Assembly (NCBI GenBank): GCA_963761335.1
Contig: CAVXGR010000016.1
Location: 320,001-384,000, forward strand
Length of the DNA: 64,000 bases
Reading direction: 5' to 3'
DNA from: an uncultured delta proteobacterium
GTDB taxonomy: Bacteria > Desulfobacterota > Binatia > HRBIN30 > BPIQ01
Below the pieces are notes generated by a model. That model was not told the origin of the DNA, did no database searches, and worked only from the letters and a program-made list of their open reading frames with translations. This document shows positions 1 through 8,333 of the stretch, one piece after another. The translations under genes and the position numbers were made by a program. Within the stretch, counting starts at the first letter, position 1; each line of letters begins with the position of its first letter.

Positions 1-136
1 CTGCCGGTAGGTCAGGAGCGCAGAGGGGGACGGGCTCCTTTTCGGCGCAACGGCACTTCACTAAGGCTTTCGGCCTCCGCTGCCGAAAAGATGCCCGCTT
101 CGAAAATCTGTTGGGTGTGCGCTTCGGGGGCGCGTT

Positions 137-258
137 CCCTCTCCCGCATCACTTGGCGGGAGAGGGTCAGGGTGAGGGCCGTGGAGATTCACGAGCTTTC
201 AGTGAGACAGGAACCCCTCACCTTGATCCTCTCCCCGCGGAACGATGCGGGGAGAGGA
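137..258. repeat. REP-like palindromic doublet (two inverted CCCTCTCCC-GC...GC-GGGAGAGGG units)
   Basis: Hairpin ccctctcccgc/gcgggagaggg (137-166) followed by tcagggtgaggg; inverted copy cccctcaccttgatcctctccccgc...gcggggagagga (214-258). A related hairpin occurs at 40401-40433. Confidence 0.75.
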
Positions 259-348
259 GACCCGCCCCCGCGGCGCGGAAGTATCATCGCAAGCGATCAG
301 TGAATCAGGACGCCGTCCATTTTCATCGTCTGTTGGTGAGCCGCAGGC

Positions 349-976
349 TCATGACGCACTGTCCCCTTCTGCGCCTCCGTCGCGGATGGGCGGCTGTGGT
401 TGCAGGCGCAGCGGGATGACCCCGGCCCAGCAATCGAGTGCCAGGTCCGCCTCGTCGTCGATGGGCCCGCCGCTGCGGATTTTCGCGGAGCACTCGTCGA
501 TGGGCAGGCGGAGAACGCTCGTGGCGCGCAGCTCCTGCGCCGACGGCGGGCGCACCTCGCTCCAGCGGCCCGGCTGCATGTGCTCGACGATCGCTTCGAG
601 AGCCGCGAGGCGCTCGGCGGCGTCGGTTACCTCGACGGCCCTTCCCAGGACGACGACGGATCGATAGTTCATCGAGTGGTGGAAGGCCGAGCGCGCCAGG
701 ACCAGGCCGTCGAGCAAGGTCACGGTGACGCATACCGGCGCACCGGAGATCGCGCGCAGCATGCGGCTTGCCGCTGAGCCGTGCACGTAGAGCTGATCGC
801 CGACGCGGGCGTAGGTCGTCGGAATCACATAGGGCTGACCCTCGGCGACGAAGCCGACGTGGCACACCAGGCCCTCGTCGAGGATCGCGTCGATCGTGCC
901 CCGCTCATAGGAGCCGCGCTGTGGAAGCCTGCGGAGCCTCGTCCGTTCACTCGGCGGTGTCGTCTGCATGTTGTCC
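349..976 (-). CDS. Pyridoxamine 5'-phosphate oxidase-like flavin-nucleotide-binding protein
   Basis: RRLPQRGSYE, ILDEGLVCHVGF, PYVIPT, YVHGSAASRML, DGLVLARSAFHHSMNYRSVV, SAKIRSGGP, WAGVIPL; start chosen at MDNMQ (ORF open to 1029). Confidence 0.9.
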
Positions 977-1085
977 ATCCGCGCTCGGATACGATTTCCC
1001 CCGGCGACTGACAACCGCGCCGTTGCCACGATCGGCGAAGGGCGGGGACTATCCTTGCGGGGGATTCCGCGTCGCGGAACACTCG

Positions 1086-1383
1086 ATGGAAGCCCATACT
1101 CGACTCCGAAGCCCCTGAAAGCGGCTGGCTCGATTCTCTGTCGCGCGCCGTCGGTGCCAACCGCCTCGTCATCGCGCTGTCGGTAGCGCGCCTGAGCGAC
1201 GCCCTCGGCAACAGCGTCCTCTTCATCGCCATTCCGCTCTACGTCGCCAAGCTGCCCGCACCGCTCCGCGTGACAGCCCCCGGAACCCGCGCGGCAGCGG
1301 GTATTTGCCGAGTAGAAGCGGCGTCTCGCCGCTTCAGGCGCGGGTGTCGTTGGACCCGGGTGGCGCTCGGGTGTGCCGGGTAG
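1086..1383 (+). pseudogene. Remnant of an MFS transporter N-terminus
   Basis: A start-less frame encodes RLVIALSVARLSDALGNSVLFIAIPLYVAKLP (MFS TM1-like), then degenerates; the nearest ATG (1086) is out of frame. Confidence 0.45.
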
Positions 1384-1533
1384 AAGCCGCGCGGGAGATG
1401 AGCGGCGCCTCGGGCTCCGCAGTGACGAGGCGAGACGCCTCGTCTACCGGCTCGGCCGGCGGAGCCGATGGTTGCGTCCGGCCTGCTCGGGCCGCTAGAG
1501 TCGTTCTCGAAACCAGCCGGCAGGAGGGAAACG

Positions 1534-3105
1534 ATGCGCTGTCCACACTGCAATGGGCCTCAGTCTGAGCATCTGGTGCGCGTCCGCCGGCGCTGGGTCG
1601 CGGCGGCGTACGCCGTCGCCCTTCTGCTGTGCTTCTGGCTCACCGGCGACCTGCTGCAGAATCTCGCGGAAGGTGTGGAGCGCAGTCAGCTGCCGCTGTG
1701 GAAGCTCTGGGTTCCCGCCGCGGCCGTGCTTGCCAGCGTAGGGCTCGGCTTCATGCGCCTGCGGCGGTCGGTCTGCGGCGACTGCGGGCAGGCGGGGACC
1801 TCCTGGCTGTGGGCGCCACTCAGCGCCTCGCAGGAGGCGCGCGCCGAGGCCGGGTCGACGCGGCGGGCGTTTCTGCGCGGTTTCGGCGCCGCCGGGGCGG
1901 CGACGGCGGCGGGTGTCGGCGGCCTCGCGGTCGCCGTGGGGCGCGACTACGGATGGATCCCCGTCGCCGAAGACTTCTTTCTGACCGACGTGCAGAAGAC
2001 GGCCCCGGAGGTCAAGCCGGCATGGGTGGGGTCGCACGTGCGCCACTATCGCCGCCTGGGGCGCACCAACGCCATGGTTTCCGACATCTCGCTCGGCTCC
2101 GGGCAGATCGATGACGTCGCGGTGGCACGCCTGGCGATCGAGCGCGGCGTCACCTACTTCGATACGGCACCCGACTACTCCAACACCAACTCGGAGCGCG
2201 TCCTCGGCGAGGCGATGAAGGGGCATCGCGACAAGATCTTTCTCGCCACCAAGTTCTGCGTCGCCGACGGCCACCTGCCCAACGACACGCCGGTGCCCAA
2301 GGTCATCGAGGCGGTCGAGGGAAGCCTCAAGCGCCTGCAGACCGACCACGTCGACCTGATCCACATCCATTCATGCGATCAAGTCGAGCGCCTGATGGCG
2401 CCGAACATCCACGAGGCCTTCGACCGCCTGAAGGAGCAGGGCAAGGTGCGCTTTCTCGGAGTCAGCACCCACACGCCGAACCTCGAGGAGGTCGCCAATA
2501 CGGCGATCGACTCGGGGCGCTTCGACGTGATGATGATGGCCTACCATTTCGGTATGTGGCCGCACTACGGGCACATCCTCGAGAAGGCGAAGAAGCACGA
2601 CGTCGGCGTGGTGGCCATGAAGACGCTCAAGGGTGCCAAGCACGCCAACCTGGCGGAGTTCACCGACGCCTCCAGCTCCTACGCCCAGGCGGCGTTCCGC
2701 TGGGTGCTCTCCAACCCCAACGTCTCCTGCCTGGTGATCTCCTTCTTCAAGCCGCAGCACTGCGACGAGTACCTCTACGCCTCGGGAGCCCTGCCGAAGC
2801 CGCAGGACGTCGCCCTGCTGGAGCGCTACGACCGGCTGATCGCCGGCGACTACTGCCAGCCGCACTGCGGCCTGTGTCTGGACTCCTGCGCCTACGATCT
2901 GCCGATCAACGACGTCCTGCGGCAGCGGATGTACTTCAAGGACTACGGCTGGCAGAAAGAGGGGATGCGGCTCTACGCGGCGCTCGAGCGCAATGCTTCG
3001 GCGTGCGCTTCCTGCGCCGCTCCCTGCGCGGGGCATTGCCCGATCGGGGTTCCCATCCGCGAGAAGATGATGGACGCGCACCGCGTCCTCCGCTTCCCGG
3101 TCTGA
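1534..3105 (+). CDS. Aldo/keto reductase with C-terminal Fe-S cluster domain and N-terminal membrane/Tat region
   Basis: YRRLGRT, GVTYFDTAPDY, FLATKF, SLKRLQTDHVDLIHIH, GKVRFLGVSTH, VVAMKT; C-terminal CQPHCGLCLDSC and CASCAAPCAGHCP; GGAGG RBS upstream of ATG 1534. Confidence 0.88.
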   Translation: MRCPHCNGPQSEHLVRVRRRWVAAAYAVALLLCFWLTGDLLQNLAEGVERSQLPLWKLWVPAAAVLASVGLGFMRLRRSVCGDCGQAGTSWLWAPLSASQEARAEAGSTRRAFLRGFGAAGAATAAGVGGLAVAVGRDYGWIPVAEDFFLTDVQKTAPEVKPAWVGSHVRHYRRLGRTNAMVSDISLGSGQIDDVAVARLAIERGVTYFDTAPDYSNTNSERVLGEAMKGHRDKIFLATKFCVADGHLPNDTPVPKVIEAVEGSLKRLQTDHVDLIHIHSCDQVERLMAPNIHEAFDRLKEQGKVRFLGVSTHTPNLEEVANTAIDSGRFDVMMMAYHFGMWPHYGHILEKAKKHDVGVVAMKTLKGAKHANLAEFTDASSSYAQAAFRWVLSNPNVSCLVISFFKPQHCDEYLYASGALPKPQDVALLERYDRLIAGDYCQPHCGLCLDSCAYDLPINDVLRQRMYFKDYGWQKEGMRLYAALERNASACASCAAPCAGHCPIGVPIREKMMDAHRVLRFPV

Positions 3106-3116
3106 AGGCGACTCGT

Positions 3117-3503
3117 ATGGAAGCTTTCGGCCGCTTCATGGTGACCGCCTTCTTCGCCGTCGTCTTTCTGCAGTCGGCAGCCGACAAGTGGCTCGATCGC
3201 GAGGGAAACCTGGCGTTCTTCACCGAGCACTTTCGCAACAGCCCGTTTCCGGCGGAGACGGTGCCGCTCCTCTTCTGGATGCTGACCGCGGTCGAGTCGG
3301 CCGCAGGAGTGCTCTGCGCCCTGGGGATTGTCACCGGCAGCTTCGCCGACCCCGGCTTCGGCATCGCCGGGCTCGGCATCTTCTTCGCGGGGCTGGCGCT
3401 TCTCGCGCTGCTCCTCGGACAGCGGCTGGCGAAGGACTATGCCGGCGCTGCGGTGGTGGCGGCGTACTTTGCCGTGGCGCTCCTCGGCATCGCTTTCTTC
3501 TGA
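3117..3503 (+). CDS. DoxX-family membrane protein
   Basis: FFAVVFLQSAADKWLDREGNLAFFTEHF and LLGQRLAKDYAGAA motifs; four hydrophobic segments; 11 nt downstream of the AKR. Confidence 0.8.
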   Translation: MEAFGRFMVTAFFAVVFLQSAADKWLDREGNLAFFTEHFRNSPFPAETVPLLFWMLTAVESAAGVLCALGIVTGSFADPGFGIAGLGIFFAGLALLALLLGQRLAKDYAGAAVVAAYFAVALLGIAFF

Positions 3504-3510
3504 AGAAGTA

Positions 3511-3591
3511 GCTCGGTGTCTCAGTATCTCGGTGATCTCAGTTTCTCGATATTTCCGCAGCCAGAGCCACCGAGTCACTGAGCCACCGAGC
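3511..3591. repeat. Inverted array of degenerate 8-bp units between convergent genes
   Basis: gctcggtg tctcagta tctcggtg (a)tctcagtt tctcgata ... caccgagt cactgagc caccgagc; the right units are reverse complements of the left. Confidence 0.7.
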
Positions 3592-3601
3592 CCCTAAATG
3601 G

Positions 3602-4618
3602 TCAGACCTCCCAGGTGTCGCCGCGGGCGAAGACCTCGTCGAGGTCGCCCTTTCCCTGGCGCTCGATCGAGGTCTCGATCTGCTTGGCGGCGGCCGCGTC
3701 GTAACAGGGCCGCTCGACATTGCGAAAGACGCCGAGCGGCATGGGAAAGGCCGGCGGCTTCATGGTGCTCAGCATGAAGGCGAGAACCGGGTCGCGCTCG
3801 TCGTGAACCACGAGATCCTTCTCGGTCACCCCGCCGCCGAGCGGCACCACCTCGAATGAATGGCCCTTCAGGCGGATGCCCTTGTCGCGGTTCTTGCCGA
3901 AGACCAGCGGTTTGCCGTGCTCGAGCACGACCACGTGGTCGGCCTTGGTGTCCTTCTCGGTGAGCGCCGCGAAGGCGCCGTCGTTGAAGATGTTGCAGTT
4001 CTGCAGAATCTCGATGAAGGCGGTGCCGCGGTGCTCGTGGGCGCGGCGCACCACGTCTTGGAGGTGCTTGGTCTCGACGTCGACGCTGCGGGCGACGAAG
4101 GTGCCCTCGGCGCCGAGCGCCACGGAGATCGGGCTGAAGGGATGATCGATGGAGCCCATCGGCGTCGACTTGGTGACTTTGCCGAACTCCGAGGTGGGCG
4201 AGTACTGCCCCTTGGTCAGTCCGTAGATGCGGTTGTTGAAGAGCAGGATATTGAGGTCGATGTTGCGCCGCAGGGCGTGGATCAGATGATTGCCGCCGAT
4301 GCTGAGGGCGTCGCCGTCGCCGGTCACCACCCACACCGACAGCTCCGGGCGGGTGACCTTGAGGCCGGTGGCGATCGCCGGGGCGCGGCCGTGAATGGTG
4401 TGGAAGCCGTAGGTGTTCATGTAGTAGGGGAAACGGCTCGAGCAGCCGATTCCGGAGATGAACACGAAGTTCTCGCGGGGCACGCCGAGGTCGGGGAGAA
4501 CCCGCTGTACCTGCGCCAGAATGGCGTAGTCCCCGCAGCCGGGGCACCAGCGCACGTCCTGGTCGCTGACGAAGTCCTTGCGGGTCAGTTTGGGGGGAGC
4601 TGCGGCAACCGATGACAT
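3602..4618 (-). CDS. korB: 2-oxoacid:ferredoxin oxidoreductase beta subunit
   Basis: RWCPGCGDY, SGIGCSSR, HTIHGRA, TPP motif GDGDALSIGGNH...NNRIYGLTKGQYSPT. Confidence 0.95.
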   Translation of the reverse strand: MSSVAAAPPKLTRKDFVSDQDVRWCPGCGDYAILAQVQRVLPDLGVPRENFVFISGIGCSSRFPYYMNTYGFHTIHGRAPAIATGLKVTRPELSVWVVTGDGDALSIGGNHLIHALRRNIDLNILLFNNRIYGLTKGQYSPTSEFGKVTKSTPMGSIDHPFSPISVALGAEGTFVARSVDVETKHLQDVVRRAHEHRGTAFIEILQNCNIFNDGAFAALTEKDTKADHVVVLEHGKPLVFGKNRDKGIRLKGHSFEVVPLGGGVTEKDLVVHDERDPVLAFMLSTMKPPAFPMPLGVFRNVERPCYDAAAAKQIETSIERQGKGDLDEVFARGDTWEV

Positions 4619-4621
4619 CTC

Positions 4622-6490
4622 TCACGCCTCCAACATGCGGTCGATCTTGCTGGTGATCTCGCCCACCTTGAACGGCAGGCCCTGGACCTTGTTGAGCCCC
4701 ACGGCATCGACCAGATATTCGGCGCGCAGCAGGCGCACCAGCTGTCCGAGATTGAGCTCGGGAACGAGGATCTTCTTGAAGCGGCCGAGAACATCACCGA
4801 GGTCCGCGGGCAGCGGGTTCAGGTAGCGCAGGTGTGCATGCGACACCGACTGGCCGCGCTTCTGGGCCCGCTGCACGGCCGTGCGGATGGTGCCGTAGGT
4901 GCTGCCCCAGCCGACCACCAGCAGGTCGCCGGACTCCGGGCCGTCGACTACGGTGGGCGGTATCTCGCGGACGATGCCGGCGATCTTGCGGGCGCGGACG
5001 CGCACCATCTGCTCGTGGTTCATCGGCGCGTAGCTGACGTTGCCGGTCAGGTAATCCTTCTCGAGGCCGCCGATGCGGTGCTCGAGCCCGGGAGTTCCAG
5101 GCGCCACCCAGGGGCGAGAGAAGGTCCCCTCCTGGCGCAGGTAGGGAAAGAAGCCGTTCGCATCGGTGCGGAAGTGGACCTCGATCTTGGGCAGCTCGTC
5201 GGCTTTCGGGAGCAGCCACGGCTCGGCGCCGTTGGCGAGGTAACCGTCGGAGAGAAAGATCACCGGGGTCATGTACTTGATGGCGATGCGCACCGCCTCG
5301 AATGCCATCTGAAAGCAGTCAGCGGGCGTGCAGGCGGCGATCACCGGCACCGGCGAGTCGCTGTTGCGGCCGTACATTGCCATGAGCAGATCCGCCTGCT
5401 CGGTCTTGGTGGGCAGGCCGGTGCTCGGCCCGCCGCGCTGGATGTCGGCAATCACCAGGGGCAGCTCGACGCTGACGGCCAGGTTCACCGTCTCCGCCTT
5501 GAGGCACATCCCCGGGCCGCTGGTCGTGGTGATCGCCACCGCGCCGCCAAAGGCGGCGCCGAGCGCCGCGCCGACGCCGGCGATCTCGTCCTCGGCCTGG
5601 AAGGTGTAGACGCCGAACTCCTTGTAGGTCGCCAGCTCGTGCAGGACGTCGCTCGCCGGCGTGATCGGGTAGGTGCCGAGGAAGAGCTTCAGGTCCGCCT
5701 GGCGCGCCGCGGCGACGAAGCCGAGAGCGGTCGCGGCGTTGCCGGTGATGTTGCGGTACTTGCCGGGAGCAATGCTGGCCGGCTTGATCTCGTACGACGT
5801 CTGGAACAGCTCGGTTGTCTCGCCGTAGTTCCAGCCCGCCTTGAGGGCCCTGACGTTCGCCTCGACCAGCTGCGGGGTCTTCTTGAAGCGGCTCTCGATC
5901 CAGCGGGCGCTCGGCTCGATGGGGCGGTGGAAGAGCCACGAGGTGAGACCCAGGGCGAAGAAGTTGCGGCAGCGGGTGACGGTGCGCGCCGGCAGGTTCA
6001 TGTCCTGCAAGGCCAGCCCGGTGAGCTTGGCGATGTCGACCTGGAACAGCTGGTACCGATCGAGCGAGCTGTCGGTGAGCGGGTTGCTCGCGTACTCGGC
6101 CTTTTTCAGGTTCTGCTCGTTGAAGGTGGATTGGTCGACGATCAGGATGCCGTTTGCCCGCAGGTCGCCGAGGTTCACCTTGAGCGCCGCGGGATTCATC
6201 GCCACCAGCACGTCGGGAGTGTCACCCGGGGTGAAGATCTCGCGGTTGGCGAAGTTCAGCTGGTAGCCGCTGACTCCGGCCAGGGTTCCCGCCGGAGCGC
6301 GGATCTCGGCCGGAAAATCCGGCAGGGTGCTCAGGTCGTTGCCGGCGAGCGCCGACTCGTTGGTGAACTGCATGCCGGTGACCTGCATGCCGTCGCCCGA
6401 GTCGCCGGCGAAGCGGATGACGACGTTGTCGCGCTCTTCAACCTTCTTGGCCGAGGCGCCCGCCCCGGCCTGATCCACGGAAGCTACCAT
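4622..6490 (-). CDS. korA: 2-oxoacid:acceptor oxidoreductase alpha subunit (fused gamma domain)
   Basis: RFAGDSGDGMQ, PAEIRAPAGT, YPITPAS, QAEDEIAG, TTTSGPG, QRGGPSTGLPTKTEQAD; AGGAG RBS before ATG 6490. Confidence 0.95.
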   Translation of the reverse strand: MVASVDQAGAGASAKKVEERDNVVIRFAGDSGDGMQVTGMQFTNESALAGNDLSTLPDFPAEIRAPAGTLAGVSGYQLNFANREIFTPGDTPDVLVAMNPAALKVNLGDLRANGILIVDQSTFNEQNLKKAEYASNPLTDSSLDRYQLFQVDIAKLTGLALQDMNLPARTVTRCRNFFALGLTSWLFHRPIEPSARWIESRFKKTPQLVEANVRALKAGWNYGETTELFQTSYEIKPASIAPGKYRNITGNAATALGFVAAARQADLKLFLGTYPITPASDVLHELATYKEFGVYTFQAEDEIAGVGAALGAAFGGAVAITTTSGPGMCLKAETVNLAVSVELPLVIADIQRGGPSTGLPTKTEQADLLMAMYGRNSDSPVPVIAACTPADCFQMAFEAVRIAIKYMTPVIFLSDGYLANGAEPWLLPKADELPKIEVHFRTDANGFFPYLRQEGTFSRPWVAPGTPGLEHRIGGLEKDYLTGNVSYAPMNHEQMVRVRARKIAGIVREIPPTVVDGPESGDLLVVGWGSTYGTIRTAVQRAQKRGQSVSHAHLRYLNPLPADLGDVLGRFKKILVPELNLGQLVRLLRAEYLVDAVGLNKVQGLPFKVGEITSKIDRMLEA

Positions 6491-6569
6491 GGTAGATGGA
6501 TTTCCTCCTACTGGTAAGCCAGTGCTGTCTGGTTCCGCCCCACACCCGCCACAATCGACTGCCCGAATA

Positions 6570-6598
6570 CGTATAGCGGCGGGGGGGCTTCTTTTCAA
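6570..6598 (-). promoter_or_regulatory. Putative sigma70 promoter for korAB
   Basis: Minus strand TTGAAA-17 bp-TATACG, about 80 nt upstream of korA. Confidence 0.45.
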
Positions 6599-6660
6599 CA
6601 ATGCTTGATGGGGGGCTGTGCGAAGGAGGTAGCTGCCCCAAGGGAAAGGGGGCGGGGCCG

Positions 6661-6783
6661 TTCTCATTCTCATTCCCGGTTCTCATACCGTCGTCTTCCA
6701 TTTCTGTTGAGCGGTGCGGGACGGCATGCGGCGTTCAGAGCCATGGAAAACGACGGTATGAGAACAGGGAATGAGAATGAAGA
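6661..6783. repeat. Palindromic intergenic element, copy 1
   Basis: ~41-bp imperfect inverted arms ttctcattctcattcccggttctcataccgtcgtcttccat / atggaaaacgacggtatgagaacagggaatgagaatgaaga. Confidence 0.8.
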
Positions 6784-6795
6784 TCGAGAGCCCTC

Positions 6796-8325
6796 TCAGG
6801 CGCCGGCGAGGCTCCCGAGCACCTCGAACGGCGTGGCCTCGGGCAGCTCGGGGCTGGCGGTGATGGTGATGTGCTTGCCGGTCTCGCGTTCGATCTGCTC
6901 GACCCCGCGCCGCTCGGCGCCGGTCAGGAAGCGGGCCACCTCGGGATGCGTCTTCACGGTGATGCGCGCCAGGTCGGGATTGCGGCTGACCTCGCGGCGG
7001 ATGTGGCGCAGGATGTCGTAGGCGACGGTCTGTACGGCGCGCACCCGGCCGGTGCCGTCGCAGTGGGGGCACGGCGAGCAGAGCAGCTGCGGCAGGCTCT
7101 CGCGGGTGCGCTTGCGGGTCATCTCCACCAGGCCGAGCTCGGAGAGCCGCAGGATGTTGGTGCGGGCCTTGTCCTTCTTCAGCGCCTCGGTGAGGGCGTC
7201 GTACACCTTGCGGCGGCTGGCGGGCTGCTCCATGTCGATGAAGTCGATGATGATCAGGCCGCCGATGTTGCGCAGCCGGAGCTGCTCGACGACCGTCTTC
7301 ACCGCTTCCAGGTTGGTCCGCAACGCCGTCTCTTCCTGGCTGTGCTTGCCGACGAAGCGGCCGGTGTTGACGTCGATGACCGTCAGCGCCTCGGTGTAGT
7401 CGATGATGAGGTAGCCGCCGGACTTGAGGCGCACCTGGCGATCGAGTGCTCGGGCGATCTGCGTCTCCAGGTTGAATCGATCGAAGATCGGCTCGGCGCC
7501 TTCGTAGAGGGAGACGCGGGCCACCATGCGCGGCATCACCGTCTCGATGAAGGAGAGGATGCGCTGGTAGTCGCGCGGGTTGTCGACCAGCACGCGGTGC
7601 ACCTCGGGGGTCACCAGATCGCGGATGACCCGCAGGATGAGATCCATGTCGTAGTGCAGCAGCGCCGGGGCGCCCACGCTCTCCGCCTTCTTCGAGATGC
7701 GGCTCCACAGGCGCGTCAGAAAGCGGAGGTCGGCGACGATGTCGCGCTTGGTCTGCCCCTCGCAGGAGGTGCGCGCGATCATCCCGCCTTCCGGCGGTCG
7801 CAGCGAGGCGATGATCTCGCGAATGCGCTCCCGCTCGCGCTCCTCGGCGATGCTGCGGGAGACACCGAGGTGGGTATTGCCCGGCAGGAAGACCAGATAA
7901 CGACCGGGGAGCGAGATCTGCGCGGTGATGCGCGCGCCCTTGCCGCCGATCGGCTCCTTCGCCACCTGCACCAGCAGCTCGTTGCCCTTCTTCAGGAGCT
8001 CCTCGATCGGGCGCCGCGCCAGGTCGCCGTTGCCGCTCGCGGCCTCGAGCGCCGCCGCCGGGGACTCCGCCTCTTCGTCCGAGGAGAGCGCGGCGGACTC
8101 GGGATAGAGATCAGAGACGTGCAGGAAGGCGGCCTTCTCCAGGCCGATGTCGACGAAGGCCGCCTGCATCCCCGGCAGCACGCGTGTGACCCGGCCCTTG
8201 TAGATGTTGCCGGCGACCCCGCGCGAGTGCGAGCGCTCGATGAAGACCTCGAGGAGTCGCGTGCCGTCGAGCAGCGCCACCCGCGCCTCCTGCGGGGTCG
8301 AGTTGATGACGATCTGCCGGGACAC
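6796..8325 (-). CDS. rng: Rne/Rng family ribonuclease (RNase G)
   Basis: GNIYKGRVTRVLPGMQAAFVDIG S1 domain, VQVAKEPIGGKGARIT, VIDVNTG, QLRLRNIGGLIIIDFIDM, EMTRKR, CPHCDGTG; 509 aa with no C-terminal scaffold. Confidence 0.93.
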   Translation of the reverse strand: MSRQIVINSTPQEARVALLDGTRLLEVFIERSHSRGVAGNIYKGRVTRVLPGMQAAFVDIGLEKAAFLHVSDLYPESAALSSDEEAESPAAALEAASGNGDLARRPIEELLKKGNELLVQVAKEPIGGKGARITAQISLPGRYLVFLPGNTHLGVSRSIAEERERERIREIIASLRPPEGGMIARTSCEGQTKRDIVADLRFLTRLWSRISKKAESVGAPALLHYDMDLILRVIRDLVTPEVHRVLVDNPRDYQRILSFIETVMPRMVARVSLYEGAEPIFDRFNLETQIARALDRQVRLKSGGYLIIDYTEALTVIDVNTGRFVGKHSQEETALRTNLEAVKTVVEQLRLRNIGGLIIIDFIDMEQPASRRKVYDALTEALKKDKARTNILRLSELGLVEMTRKRTRESLPQLLCSPCPHCDGTGRVRAVQTVAYDILRHIRREVSRNPDLARITVKTHPEVARFLTGAERRGVEQIERETGKHITITASPELPEATPFEVLGSLAGA

Positions 8326-8333
8326 TGTCCTCG

